Assembly (NCBI GenBank): GCA_951406725.2
Contig: OX597821.1
Coordinates: 60,512,001-60,576,000 of the forward strand
Direction of reading: 5' to 3'
DNA: 64,000 nt
Source of the DNA: Octopus vulgaris
Lineage: Eukaryota
Shown here: positions 23,753-39,859 of the stretch, piece by piece
Layout: the number at the start of each line of letters is the position of its first letter
Numbering within the stretch: position 1 is the first letter of the stretch
The notes under the pieces: generated by a model
The model's input: the letters and a program-made list of their open reading frames with translations, nothing else
Told to the model about the DNA's origin: nothing
Database searches by the model: none
Translations under genes and position numbers: made by a program

Positions 23753-26700
23753 CCTGTACCGCGGTGCTTTTTCGAAAGAGTCTAAAGGTAAAAGTAAGAG
23801 CAATATTCCTAGACCCGGAGGGTAGGCTGGTTGTCTTGGACGTGGATGGCAGAAATGGGTGTGCATTCCGTCTGATGGCAGTTTATGCACCGTCCTTAAC
23901 GGGTCGGGCGGATTTCTTCAGACGTCTAGAGGTTTTCCTGGGTACGTCTAGACCTTTACTGTTAGTAGGGGATTGGAACGCTACCTTGGACACGCATCTA
24001 GATTATGTGGGAAGGGATAGGAATAGAAGGGGGTGTAAGAGCCTCAAAGACCTGCTCAGACGTTTCCATTTATCTGACAGGTTCCGACTCGACCATCCGA
24101 ACGTGCCAACGTGGACTTGGACAAACCGCGTCGGATCGTCGAGATCTTATCTAGATAGAATTCTATGCAGGACAGCGGATAGGGATAGTGTAGGATGTCC
24201 ACAATTTAAAATAGTCAGCTACACAGATCACAAATTTGTTACGTGTACGCTCGACTTAGATAAAACACATAGGCAGGGTCCCGGTTACTGGAAACTGAAC
24301 ACGTCGCTGTTAGCGCGACAGGTTTACAGGAACCGGATTAGCGAGTTAATTAAGAGGGCGCTGACGGGAGCCGTCGTTAACCGCTGGTGGTACGCCCTGA
24401 AAACGGCAATAAAATCGAAATCACTTAGGTTTAGCAAGGAATTAGCGATAGAACGAAATAGAGTAGAGGGAGACTTGGTTAAGAAACTAGAAGAGGCACT
24501 TACCACTGGCAGCGCAACCAACGTGCTGGCTGCGAGGATGGCCCTCGACCAACACCTCAACGCCAAGCACGAAGGTTGCGTCGTCAGAGCTAAAATGCGT
24601 GCCTTAAGGAACGAAGGGATCGAAGCTGCGCGAGAGGCCGGGTAGCGGAGGCGCAGCGTAGCAACAGAGCCACCATTCGGTCTCTAATAGATCAACAGGG
24701 ATGCAGTTTACTCGAACCCGAAAGGATGTGTGAGGCCTTTCAACAGCACTTTGCTCGACTATTTGGTGCGAGTGGTGGGTCGGAACGCGGGATGGATTTC
24801 AGTGCCTACCTGACCGACCTGCCGCGGCTCTCGGCAAGAGAAGCGGAGTGTTGTGAAAGTCCCATCACAGCCGCTGACGTGTGGGATGCGATGACGGGCT
24901 GCGTGAGGGATAAGTCGCCTGGATTGGATGGTTTACCCTACGAGCTGTATTGTCAAATGCCAGACTTGTTTGGCGACCTCTTGGCATCAGTCTACTGCAA
25001 CTGGCAACAAAACGGGAGAATCCCCGGTTTCGTGAGCCGAGGTGCAGTGACGTTGCTGAAGAAAGACACAAACAAGGGGAATTTTATAGATAATTCAGGC
25101 CCATCACTCTGCTCAACGCAGATTTGAACATTTTGGCCAAAGTAATAGCCGAGAGGTTGGCGCTTGTCATTGGTAAACTGGTCGACAGGGCGCAAACATG
25201 CGCCGTGCCGGGCAGAACCATACATGGACAACCTCCATCTGATGCGCTACATTGTGGACAGGGTAGTTAAGGATCCTGGCATGGGTGGGACGCTGATAAA
25301 TTTGGATCAGTCTAAAGCCTTCGATAGGGTCGACCATCGGTACTTGGCGGCCGTCCTCAGGGCGGCTGGCTTCGGTCCCGTCTTCCGCGGTTGGATCGCT
25401 GCCTTGTATAGCGGCATCCGATCGGTGATTCGGGTGAACGGTCACCTGTCGAAACCGTTTGACATCACGCGTTCGGTCCGTCAGGGGTGTCCCCTGTCGG
25501 CGCTTCTGTATGTATTGACTCTCGAGCCGCTACTGCGGAAGCTGGCGACACTGAGGGGCATCCCACGGGAACTGGGTTGCGGGACGAGCGTGTCGGCATA
25601 TGCGGACGATGTCACCGTCATAGTGTCGAGCGACAAACACATCCAGATGATAGGCGAGACACTAAGAAAATACGAAACGGTGACGGGAGCAAAGATTAAC
25701 CCGGAAAAGTCAGTGGGTTTGCTACTCGGCACCTGGAGAAGCAAGCCCATGCCGTCCGACTGCGGCTCAGTAGTGGGACGCTGGACGGACGGACCGGTTA
25801 AATTGCTCGGGGTCTGGTTCAGTCCGGACCTCCAACTGGATAAGAACTGGGACGAGATCACGAGTAGAGTGGTCGCTCTCAGCCAAACATGGGCCGAGAG
25901 AAAGCTGTCTCTAAAAGGCCGGGCGGAGGTGGCGAACGCGTACATCGCATCCGTCATCGATTACCGCCTGACCGTCGTACCTTGTCCCGACGCCACCATC
26001 ACCAAACTGGAACGCATACTCTTCCGCTTCCTGTGGAAGGGTGGCGTTCCGATGGTGAGGAAGTCCATTTGCTGTCAACATCCGTTGAATGGAGGACTGG
26101 GCATGCCGTGGTTGATGATGCGCAGGCATGCGCTGAGACTGCGACATCTCTGGAACTTCATCGACGACGGTGAACAGGTGTGGGCGCCGTTTGTGAGGCG
26201 CGATTTCCCGCAGCTCGTCTCACTGACCGAACTGCAAACGTGGATCAAAAAGAGACCGAAACTGGGCGATTGGCACCGAGAGTGTCGCCAAGCTCTACAG
26301 CAGCTTTGCCGACCGGGGTCAAACTTGTGCAACTTACAAACGACTAAAGCGTTCTATAGAGGACATGGGGAGGTCCGACGACACACTCGAGGAATTCCTA
26401 ACCCGCCTGTTCAGGACGACGTTCGGGCCGGGGTCTATGAATAACTTCCAGAAATCCCTGGCTTGGCAGTGCTATCGAGACGCACTACCTGTTCGAGAGA
26501 AGAGCTCCAGACACGGTTCGAAAACCATCACCGGACCGACCTGCCCGAGATGCGGTCAGAGCGACGAAACCGTTCTGCACGCACTCGTGCAGTGTCCAGA
26601 TATTTCAGAGCTGTGGTCCTTCGTCGAACAGCTGTTGTCACGTGTAGGTCGGGCTCGCCTATCGGCCGAGTCTATCGTGAATATTGTTCCACCACCTTCC

Positions 26701-27274
26701 TTTAAACGGGAAGGGAAAGCGGTTTTCGTTACGCTGATGGCTATGGCGAAAGAATGTGTGTGGTGGACGCATTTGAAAGGACTGCAAACAAACACCTTCC
26801 TCTCTGGTCAGTCTCTCGTCAACTTTTTCAAGTACCACTTGAAAAGGAGGATGAGAATAGAGACGAAGGCTTTGTCGAACGAATGTTTTAATAAAAAGTG
26901 GGTAAAAGTGGCAAAAATGGTCAGTATGAAAGACGACACTATTTTAAGCATAAATCTGTAACCAAAAGAGACAACGAGAAGTAAGGCGACTTACTCATGT
27001 GTTCTTTTTCGAATTGTCTGAGGTGACCTTAGTCTTTTTTGTAGGTTTTTCTTTCCAAGGCTACACCTAAACTGTGAACCTTATATATATATATATATTG
27101 CCTTTTTATACACCACACAACCCACATTTCCCTATTGATCAAACGTGTTTTTTTTTTTTTTGTGTCCCACCCATCCCACCTCGAAAAGAAAAATATTCTA
27201 CATTGTATTTCGTCCATTTTATTCTGTGTTTAGCCCTGTGTGGCTACAATAAAAAGTTATCTATCTATCTATCT
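23753..27274 (+). mobile_element. L1-Tx1 clade non-LTR retrotransposon, 5'-truncated ORF2 (APE endonuclease, RT, CCHC), disrupted
   Basis: AVYAP, VGDWNA, YLDRIL, TDH (endonuclease); SPGLDGL, DQSKAFDRVDH, RQGCPLS, YADD (RT); CPRCGQSDETVLHALVQC; AATAAA plus (TATC)n tail; internal stops and frameshifts. Confidence 0.93.
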
Positions 27275-27301
27275 CTGTGTATGTATATATATATATATCT
27301 G

Positions 27302-27372
<71 letters not shown>

Positions 27373-27491
27373 GAAAAATACAAACTGGGACAAGAATGTA
27401 AAACATTTAGAAGACGATACAAAAAACACGGACGGGACATTCGAAGCCTTCAATCTTCAGTCAAGAAACCGGATCATCCTACCAATTTCGG

Positions 27492-27593
<102 letters not shown>

Positions 27594-27686
27594 AATAATA
27601 TATATGTAATAATATGAGGGAATATTATTCCAAACTTACAGGGAAAAATTCAATTTAGAAATACTAAATCAAATTTCACAAAATAT

Positions 27687-27778
<92 letters not shown>

Positions 27779-27890
27779 AATATATATATAAATTATAAAA
27801 AATATATATGTATATACACATAAGTGTATATATATAAGTAGAGGTGCGTGACTTGGTGGTTAGGGTGTTGGACTCATGGTTGTAAGATTG

Positions 27891-27964
<74 letters not shown>

Positions 27965-27969
<5 letters not shown>

Positions 27970-28147
27970 ACCCGTTAATCCCTATACATTTATATATTAT
28001 TTTCTCTCCCCGTTTTTTCTTTCTCCTTCTGTCGAAAAGTATAAGCTCGAAACTTCAAAAACTTTTCTATTCTTCCTGATTCTCAAACTGATACACCTGT
28101 TTGTTGCCTCACCTGTCTTCGTCTTTTGTTTTCTGTAAATTCGAACT
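27965..28147 (+). mobile_element. Penelope-like terminal fragment with degenerate hammerhead
   Basis: ttctgtcgaaaagtataagctcgaaacttcaaaa resembles the 33891 motif; lies between (TA)n and (TATG)n. Confidence 0.45.
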
Positions 28148-28329
28148 GTATGTATGTATGTATGTATGTATGTATGTATGTATGTATGTATGTATGTATG
28201 TATGTATGTATGTATGTATGTGTGTATGTATGTATGTATGTATGTATGTATGTATGTATGTATGTATGTACGTATGTGTGAGTGCACATCTTTGTGTTAT
28301 CCGCTCCACCGCTTGAGTTCCTCTTCTAT

Positions 28330-28860
28330 TCTTTTATTCTTAAATTGGCCTTAGTGGTATGACCGCAGTCCTGCTGTATCAGGACCCTAATTTATTTTAT
28401 TTTCTTTCTGTTTCGTTGTCCCTTTATGACTGGAAGTTGGTCTATGATTGAGTTAGTAACAGCTGATCTTCCCTTCGTGTACCCTTTAATGGTTGGCAGG
28501 TCAACTATCGTCGCTAGGAGTTGATCAAATTCATTTTTGAATGTTTCAGTAGAGGTTCCTTTTATATTTCTGATTTTTATAGGGAAGCAGCTGAACAACC
28601 GAGGACCCCTAAATATCAAACTAGCACAACAGAGTGTTTGTGCTCGTGATTTCGAAGGTGGTATAGTTTTGGAAGTTGGCAGAATCTACCAGTTGGTACA
28701 TTAAAATTCTATTCTAAAAGTTTGGATGATGCTCCTCCAGGATTTTAGTTCTACTTTTAGAGATACCCAGTAATAAAGGGTTATAGCCAAATTTATTTTA
28801 CTGGTGAACGTTCTTTGTAATTCTTCAACCTGTTCTATGAGACTGGATGAGGTTGGAGAG
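28330..28860 (-). mobile_element. CR1/L2-group LINE 3' fragment
   Basis: IEQVEELQRTFTSKI..YW..LK; FRGPRLFSCFPIKIRN...FKNEFDQLLATIVDLP. Confidence 0.7.
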
Positions 28861-28869
28861 CGGTCCACA

Positions 28870-29375
28870 GCATAAGTACCGGACTCAAGAAATAAGTACT
28901 GTGGTTGATTTGTTATACTGAGCACTTGATGGCGGTGCTCCAGCATGACCGTAGTCCAATGCCTGAAATAAGTTAGGAGCTGCTGTGTAGTAAGTAGCTT
29001 GCTTACCAACCACATGGTTCCGGGTCCAGTCCCACTGCGTGGCACCTTGGGCAAGTGTCTTCTACTATAGCCTCGGGCCGACCAAAGCCCTGTGAGCGAA
29101 TTTGGTAGACAGAAACTGAAAGAAGCCCGTCGTATATATATCTATATATATACACACACACACACATATATATGTGTGTGTATATGATTGTGTCACTGTG
29201 TTTGTCTCACTCAACATCGCTTGATAACCGATGCTAGTGTGTTTACGTCCCCGTGACGTAGCGGCTCGGCAAAAGAGACCGATAGAATAAGTCCTGGGGT
29301 CGCTTTGCACGACTAAAGGCGGTGCTCCAGCATGGCCACAGTCACATGATTGAAACAAGTAAAAGAATAAAAGAG
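28870..29375. mobile_element. Family B SINE (+, 28975-29375) preceded by an inverted-context tail fragment (28870-28972)
   Basis: Full CORE-type SINE plus an upstream fragment containing ggcggtgctccagcatg. Confidence 0.7.
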
Positions 29376-29930
29376 TTAAGAGCAACATAAACAGTGATAT
29401 AAAGGGAAATAATTGAAGATATTTCCTCCAGGAAGAATTGATTTAAGGGAAATAACTCTAAATGAATTTCTTGTTAAGGAAAATGTAAGGGAGGTAACTT
29501 TTCCTAAGTTTATTTTCATGCTCATTTTGTACAAGGGCTTGTTCGAATCTGACAGGCCTAGTGACGTTAACTTCCGTTTCATAAATCAGCATAAAAAACA
29601 AACAAACAAACAAAAACAAAAACAAAGCCATATTTATAAAAATTAATCACTTATTTTGAAAATAATATAGTTATTCATAAAATAATATAATTAATCATTA
29701 AGTTCTTATAAATTTAAAAATAGGCAGTTTCAGAATAAGCAGCCACACCGTATGTAACTTTACTGGATTAAAAAAGTTGCGGTGTTTTTTTCCAGCTTTT
29801 TAGGTTTCGAGTTCAAATCACATTGCATTGTTTTCCACCCCTCCTGGGTCGAAAAAATAGTTAGTAGTCAGGTGTTGATGTCAATGGTATCAATTAACAT
29901 ATACCCTGTGCCCAAAATTTCAAAACAAAG

Positions 29931-31037
<1,107 letters not shown>

Positions 31038-31038
31038 A

Positions 31039-31827
<789 letters not shown>

Positions 31828-32254
31828 GCATGGTTATTTGTTTGTGTGTCTGTGTAATGTAATTTTATTTAATGAACTAATTTAAACGCAATATAATGAT
31901 ACATAAATATGCATCGAAAATATGAATCTACCTCACTTTCCAAGAGGGAAATGAAAACGAGAACTATTTCAAGAGGGCGTCCAATCACAATGTCACTACG
32001 TTGTAATGCCACTTCTATTTCATACAAAACCTACCCAAGACCATCTCGTTTTTATTACTTCTGTCTATTTTAAATAAGATTTCATTGGAAAGAGAAAATA
32101 ATCGGCTTATCGAATCTGACCCCCTTCACCAACTTTTCATATAGTCACCCCTCTTGTATTCATCTTAACCACTCAACCATGTCAACCTATCACAGAAAAG
32201 AAATCTGGCTTTCTGTGCCAAACGGAGACAGCAGGATAATACATACAATGGATT

Positions 32255-32487
32255 GGGAGGCGAGCTGGCAGAATTGTTAGCACGTTGGCCGAAATGCTTA
32301 GCGGTATTTTTGTCTGCCGTTATGTTCTGAGTTCAAATTCCGCCGAGGTCGACTTTGCCTTTCATCCTTTCGTAGTCAATTAAATAAGTACCAGTTACGC
32401 ACTGGGGTCGATGTAATCGACTTAATCCTTTTGTCTGTCCCTGTTTGTCCCCTCTATGTTTAGCCCTCTGTGTGCAATAAAGAAATA
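32255..32487 (+). mobile_element. Meta-domain SINE with 17-bp TSD
   Basis: Flanks aatacatacaatggatt / aatacatacagtggatt. Confidence 0.85.
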
Positions 32488-32656
32488 AATACATACAGTG
32501 GATTCGGCTGTGAAAGGAATTCCTTTATATGCTTTAGTAATTTTTGTTTTTTTTGTTCGCAACCAACGGAGCTCGAAGTGTTCCTCACAAACGCAGGTTC
32601 GTGAGATGGTTGTGACCTGTAAATAGTTTTGTGTAGGAACCGGAAAGAGAAGTCTG

Positions 32657-32968
32657 AACACGCAATGCGCATGTCAAAATAAAACGGAAGAGAAGAATAA
32701 AAACGCAATGCGCATGTCAAAATAAAACGGAAGAGAAGAATAAAAACGCAATGCGCATGTCAAAATAAAATGGAAGCGAAGAAGAAAAGCGCAATACGCA
32801 TGTCAAAATAAAACGGAAGAGAAGAATAAAAGCACAATGCACATGTCAAAATAAAACGGAAGCGAATAGTAAAAACGTAATGCGCATGTCAAAATAAAAC
32901 GGAATAGACAAGAAAAGAATAAAAACGCAATGCGCATGTCAAAATGAAACGGAAGTGAAGAGTAAAAC
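32657..32968. repeat. About 42-bp minisatellite x about 7
   Basis: aacgcaatgcgcatgtcaaaataaaacggaagagaagaataa repeated. Confidence 0.92.
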
Positions 32969-33071
32969 AAGGTGTATGATGGTTTGTACGCCACATCTGA
33001 CACCATTGTCATCAGCTTAGCTGCAATTTTCTTGTGTCTAACATCGTGTCTTTGGTAGGAAAACGCTGAAG

Positions 33072-33144
<73 letters not shown>

Positions 33145-33229
33145 AAAACAATTTCTTCATTCTTCAAGATTTCTGCAGTTATCTTCGCAGTCAAAGATAT
33201 TTATCTTAACTCGAATTAGTATCTGTTTC

Positions 33230-34021
33230 CTTTATCTTTAGTTGTTTCAATTATTGGACTGAACTGCGGCCATGCTGGTGCACCACCCTGAAGAGTTTAG
33301 TTGACTCCAGTATTTAGTTTTTGTTATAAGTCTTATAAGCACTTATTCCACCGGTCAATTTTGCCGAACCACCTCTATGGGGACGTAATCAAACCAGCCT
33401 CGGTTTTCAAGCGGTAGGAGAGGGCAAACACAAGGAGATTCGCACACATATACGACGGGCTTCCATAGAGTTTCCGTCAATCAAATTCACTCACAAGGCA
33501 TTGAGCGGCGCGGGGTCATAGTGGAAGACACCCAATGTGTTGAGCAGTGGAACTGAACCCGAAACCACGTGTTTGCAAAGCGAGGTTCTTAACCATACAA
33601 CCAAGCCTTTCTTTTCGAAAATATGGCTGTGTGGTAAGTAGCTTGTCTACTAACCACATGGTTCTAGGTTCAGTCCCACTGTGTGGCACCTTGGGCAAGT
33701 GTCTTTTACTATAGCCCCGGGCCGACCAAAGCCTTGTGAGTGGATTTGGTAGACGGAAACAGAAAGAAGCCCGTCGTATATATGTATATATATATGTATG
33801 TATGTGTATATATATATGACCGCGTATGTATCGTTGGCGATTTTTTCCCCTCCGTCTTCCCTTCCTTGGATCTTTCCTTTTCCTATGTTTCTGACGAAGA
33901 GCTCCGCTTGAAACGTTAACTCCTCCTTCTTTCTTTCCTTTCCTGAGCGTCCAATAACACTATACTTGTTCCACGTCCTCGTGTTGTTGTGTTTTCTCTG
34001 TGTATTTTCATGTTTGGATTA

Positions 34022-34061
<40 letters not shown>

Positions 34062-34295
34062 GTATGTGTGTGTATATGTTTGTGTGTCTGTGTTTGTCTC
34101 CCCCAACATCGCTTGACAACCGATGCTGGTGTGTTTACGTCCCCGTAACTTTTGTTTGCGGTTCGGCAAAAGAGACTGATAGAATAAATACTAGGCTTAC
34201 AAAGAATAAGTCCTGGGGTTGATTTGCTCGGACTAAAGGCGGTGCTCCAGCATGGCCGCAGTCAAATGACTAAAACAAATAAATGAGAATGAGAG
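33230..34295. mobile_element. Head-to-head pair of family B SINEs (33230-33607 -, 33623-34295 +)
   Basis: Diverged minus copy and a full plus copy whose internal (TA)n holds a Penelope-like insert. Confidence 0.8.
33885..33921 (+). ncRNA. Minimal type I hammerhead ribozyme motif in a Penelope-like fragment (33818-34025)
   Basis: gttt CTGACGA a gagc-tcc-gctt GAA ACGT T aac: canonical core, helix II, palindromic helix III; helix I weak. Confidence 0.6.
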
Positions 34296-34565
34296 AGTAT
34301 CTTCCAGCTTACTCCCCGCTCCGCCACCAAAATACACCGTAGACAAAAGCCGTGCAATTTACATATGTCAGCACAATATTTATGAGGGAGATTTTTCTTT
34401 AACTTTTTATAGAACGTATTTGGTTTCTTAAAATAAGCTTAAGAATATAATGAGTGCTTATGAAAGAATGCCGAGAGACTTTGTTTCTACGTCATGCCTC
34501 TACGATTTGAGCCAGGTTGACAACATTTAAGTTCTCATATCTCAGCGCACACATGTTGGTTTCTA

Positions 34566-34772
34566 ACTGTGGCACAAGGCCAGCAATTTCGGGGGGAGGG
34601 GAAAGTCGATTATTTCGTCCCTCAGCAACCAACTGGTACTTATTTTATCCACCCCGAAAGGCATGAAAGGCAAAGTCTACCTCGGTTGAATTTGAACTCA
34701 GAACGTATAGACGGATGAAATCTGGCTAAGAATTTTGCCCGGCGTGCTAACGATTCTGCCAGATCGCCGCCC
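34566..34772 (-). mobile_element. Meta-domain SINE (family A)
   Basis: Reverse-complement copy. Confidence 0.85.
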
Positions 34773-35219
34773 TTCTTAACGAACTTATATTAACACTTGA
34801 TAACACATCCTCGGAGAGGAAAAAATATCCAGAGTTGTTATCACATCAGCCATCTCCTACTTCGATTATACTGGCATTTCTAAAAACTTTTCTATATTGC
34901 TTAAAAACTATTTCTTCATATCACTGTCTGTTTCCCCTTCTCCCCCTCTTTATCTGTCTGTTCATCTGCCTATCTATCTATTGTATGTATGTCATTATTC
35001 AGTTTTATTTCAATATTTCTTACCAATAGAGAAAGAGCCGGTTTCTAACTCAGATTAAAGGCTCCTTCATTGGAATTTCAACACCAACAACATCGTATTT
35101 TTGTATGTATGTATGTATGTATGTATGTATGTATGTATGTATGTATGTATGTATGTATGTATGTATGTATGTACGTATGTATGTATGTATGTACGTATGT
35201 ATGTATGTACGTACGTACG

Positions 35220-35286
<67 letters not shown>

Positions 35287-35485
35287 TTATATAAATAAGA
35301 TCGATATTTAAATACCGATCTTATTAGGTGGCCTGCATGGGAATAAAAACCCTCAAAGGTAATAATTATTATTAAAATTAAAATTTAGGGTATCTAAGAG
35401 ATACCACCACGCTGGAAATAGCAGCCAAAATTTGACTCTAAAACCACATTAAATGTTCAGGTGCTGTATGAACATTTTATGAATG

Positions 35486-35521
<36 letters not shown>

Positions 35522-35957
35522 TGTATGTATGTATGTATGTATGTATGCATGCATGCATGTATGTATGTATATATATATCTGTATGTTTGTATGCATGTAT
35601 GTATATGTGCAGTTTTATATGTTTTGCTTTATGTATGTATTCTCATGCATATAGTTGCATGTGTAGACATGCTCATATATATTTAAGTGATATACTTCTG
35701 GAAAGTTTTACAGATTTTTACAGTTCAGGTGATGGACTGGAACTGTAGTCTTCGAATCACCTTTCTCCTTTCTGGTTTTGAGAAGCCAAATTTCTCAAGA
35801 TTTGTATTTAAGCAGATTGTTACACATCCCAGGGCCCCAATAATTACAGGTATAAACCTGAACTTGTAATCTGGATAGAGTAACTGCAGATTTCTCAATA
35901 GTTCAGCATAGGAGTTCTCTTTTTCACTGATTATTAGCTCTGTATGTATTTATGTGT

Positions 35958-36202
35958 GGAAGCGCGTGGCTTAGTGGTTAGAGTGTCAACATCATGATCG
36001 TAAGATTGTGGTTTCGATTCCTGGACCGGGCGACGCGTTGTGTTCTTGAGCAAAACACTTCATTTTCACATTGCTCCACTCCACTCAGCTGGCAAAAATG
36101 AGTAACGCTGCGATGGACTGGCGTCCCCTTCAACTGGGAAACACATACGCCATAGAAGCCGGGAAACTGGGCCCATCAGCCTGGCTAGGCTTTAAAAGGG
36201 CG
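35958..36202 (+). mobile_element. tRNA-headed SINE (family C) with V/Deu-like gatggactggcgtccc segment
   Basis: A box tggcttagtgg, B box gtttcgattcc; head also at about 27840-27892 and a related copy at about 49660-49930. Confidence 0.7.
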
Positions 36203-36251
36203 TATGTATGTATGTATGTATGTATGTATGTATGTATGTATGTATGTATGC

Positions 36252-36376
<125 letters not shown>

Positions 36377-36719
36377 GATCTGGAATGATTTGGGTGTAAT
36401 CCCTCTCACCCCACCAATAAAAAAGCATTACTGCACCCCGCCTTTCTTCGATGCCTGAAGGCTTTGCATTGTTTTACTCGTTTTCCGCCTTGACTACAGT
36501 GAAAGAGCCTCTACAAAAAAACAAAAAAAATCGCTCAGCTTGTTAGAATTAGCAACCAAATGTGTCCCCATATCAAGCCATAACGTTCTTAAAAAACAAG
36601 ACGTATTAAATCATGTAACTCTAGATAGAATGACTGAATAAAAAAAACGGAACAATCAGGACAGGAACGCCTTTGACCAAAACTCTACTCGTTCAAAACT
36701 AATTCGTTTTGTCCTGTTG

Positions 36720-37060
36720 GCAGGTTTTGGAAAAGCAGCAGAGACCTTGACCTTTTAGGTCTCTCATAACCCGGTGAGCGTTAAGGTTGGGTTTAAACTG
36801 CTGCAGATCAGCACCTGCAGGAAAGACATCAGCAGGAAGCAAATTCATGAGATCTAATGTTCCGTTGAAGAAAGATTGAGTAGGATGCTTAGTGTTGGGG
36901 GGGGAGATGTTTGAATGCAACAAAGATGCTGAGAGGGGAAGAGACGAGTGGGTTGGGATGTGGAAGAGATACAAGAGCAGCCAGCTTCAAGGAACGGAGG
37001 CTATTATGATAGTGATAGTTGGAGAGAGGAGTCAGTACATCTGAAGGTCAGAGTGGGAAG
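36720..37060 (-). mobile_element. LINE (CR1/L2-like) 3' relic
   Basis: SFFNGTLDLMNLLPADVFPAGADLQQFKPNLN resembles a LINE C-terminal motif. Confidence 0.5.
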
Positions 37061-37764
37061 TATGTTTAATACCAGTCAACAACAACGTCGACGACAACAA
37101 TAATGATAACAACATCATCAACAACAAAGTTTTTCCTTTTTAGCCAAATATTAGAAATATGTCAAAAAGTTTTTCTTCCTTCATCTTTTACATATGTTTA
37201 TATTTCAATTTATATTAACACTGGTTTTAGCCAGTAGATATGTAACCAATGCCATTCCAACTGTGACAATCTCATGTAAGTGATAGAACCAGTGTGTATA
37301 TTATTACTGGCATAATGACCTTCCCGAAATTACAACAAAATCCTTTTCAACACTCAAGTTCACATCAAGAATCTTGCAAACCAAATACAACGAAATAACC
37401 ACTGAAGATCTTTATTACTTGAATCTTTCCACGTTTCTTTTATGGTTGTCTTTAGCTCATCGATACTAATTCCTCTCTTTAGAGAATCTCTTTCTTTGAG
37501 TATCTGTTGGGAATTTCCAATTACATTTCCACTTCTGATTTTTCTAGAACGTTAATAATCCTGTTTGAATACAACTATTCTTTATTGACTTTAACAGCTC
37601 TCATCAAATATGACCGTGAAGGCAGTTAACAGTAGTGATGTTTAAATTAAGTCAGGCCTGGGAAACATGCGGTACTGAGGTGATATACAAAAATTTATGT
37701 ATTTTTTGCGGCGTTAATAATGCCATAATTAAGTACACTTAATTAACGCACAGTTAATATTCCC

Positions 37765-37930
37765 ATCACGGACCTTTCCATGGCCCTTTGTGTCGTAGCC
37801 GATCGATATCCCTCGATATTCTCTCTTCGTAGTAGCTCACGTTTCACTTGCGTATAAGAATGTAGATAGAGCAGTTGTATCGAAGAGACTAGTACGTACA
37901 GTCTTGTCTAGCCGAGAATATCTTTGCGAG
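37765..37930 (-). mobile_element. RTE LINE relic
   Basis: RTSLFDTTALSTFLYASET and TTQRAMERS. Confidence 0.55.
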
Positions 37931-38929
37931 AGCATATCTGAAATGAGGAAATGCAGAAAGGGAGAGAAATGAACGACGTGATTGTAGAATGCGAAAACAT
38001 AAGTTCCGATAGGCCAGACATTTAGCAAGGTTCACAGACAACAGGTGAACCCGTGCAGTTTCCGAGTGGTGTCCAAAATGTTTGCTTAGCTCTATTCAAA
38101 GAGCATTTCCAAATCAATCTCTCCAAAATTTCAGACAGAATTCTGAACTATTTATTTGTATCAATAATCTCGTTGATATGTAACAATATCTTGACTGCCA
38201 CATCATTAATAGTAGTAGTTGTTTAACCCTAGGCCAGGCATGATCAAGCAGGCATATAAACAAACCTGCAAAATATATTTAAGCTATCGACGTCTATTCG
38301 TATATAGTGTGTCTAAGGCTACATTATCTAATGTATTATTTTTTTTTAAGGATGTGATTTGAGGCAGACTTAGTTACTATATTTAGCAAGCCAAATAACT
38401 GCATGCAGCCACATTGGCTCTCCACATCATCGATTCAAATGCTCGGCACGTATACTGACTATCAAAGTGGGCCATTATAAAAAAAGTTCTACTCGAACCG
38501 TTTATTGTTTTTGTATGTTTAGTAAGAGATTTTCTGCATTGCATGTTGAAACAGATTATTTTTACAATTATATTGACTAATTATCATGTATAGTATTAAT
38601 TAATCTTTCCTTTAATCTATATTTCTAGTCACCAATGTGAAAGCCATCTATCACGCACCTGTAGCTTATTTACTGATCTTTACCCTTTCTGTCTCGGTTC
38701 CCTAAACACATTGTGTTTATTTTTAGCTTGTTTTTTTTTGTTGTCGTTAATTCACATACTTATTACTGTTGCTTTCATAATTTTCCTTCTTTGTTTTAAA
38801 TTGAACGTGGAGAAGGTTTGGTATTGAATGGGGTGCAGTGGCGGCGGCTGTGATATCAGGGTGTTCTACAAGAGTTTATGTCAGTAATATAAAGGCGATG
38901 GACAAGAATCGAAGGCAATATTCACTAAT

Positions 38930-39320
38930 TTTATCTTTTACCGTTTAATTGCTTCAGTCACTGGACTGCGACCATGTTGGGGGAGCACTGCGTTGGACGG
39001 TTAAGTCCAACAAACCGATCACAGTACTTTAAAAAAAAAAGTTTAGTACTTATTTATATCTGTCTTTTTCGTCGAACCGCAAAGTTACAAGCATGCAAAC
39101 AAACCAACACCTGTTGTCAAAAGGTGTTGAGCAACAAACACTATAAAGACAAGTGAACGCGCACGTGCAAACACACACATTTATCAAATTCAATTGTAAA
39201 ACATTCGTTGGTATAGGGTTATAGTAGAACACACTTGCCCAAGATACTGCGTAGTGGGACCGAACCCATTACCAAGAGATTCAAAACGAGCTTCGAAATC
39301 ATACAGCTATGCCTGCGCCT
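38930..39320 (-). mobile_element. Old family B SINE
   Basis: Diverged reverse copy. Confidence 0.7.
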
Positions 39321-39859
39321 ATAACCACATTAAAAAAAGTTGTTTATCTGCGCCTATAACCACATTAAAAAAATCGTTTATTGTCCCAAACTGAGAAAGC
39401 AGCCATAACGACTTCTTTGTTTGTGATCATACTGAGCAACAAAACAAGTCACCAGTTGTTACAGAGCATTCTCTTCTTGTGATGAAACTAGGTATGAGTC
39501 TATGAGTGCAGAGATGAATATTTACAGACGAGTTCCTGTTTTCCAGTGAGTCTTTATGAGGGCAGAAGACCATATGGATGTTCACAATGAATCAGGTTTG
39601 GGAACCATGCGGTACACGAGTGACATACAAACCCTTTTTGCATATGGTACAAATAATGTACTACGTGGGCACACTTATTAATAGTTACGTAATAACCTTT
39701 TGAATTTTGTAACATAATTTTTAGGTCGTTTATTTAAACAATTTCGTTCCATTTTTCTCTTATTTACTCCAGCTTTCCCTTTTTTCTAAAAAAACAATTC
39801 GCTTATTGTAATTTGTGGTGTCTTCTTTACTATATACAACGTTTGTTAAATTATTCTTT

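Noticed and set aside
35958-36030. tRNA gene
   Set aside because: A/B boxes belong to a SINE head; no full cloverleaf
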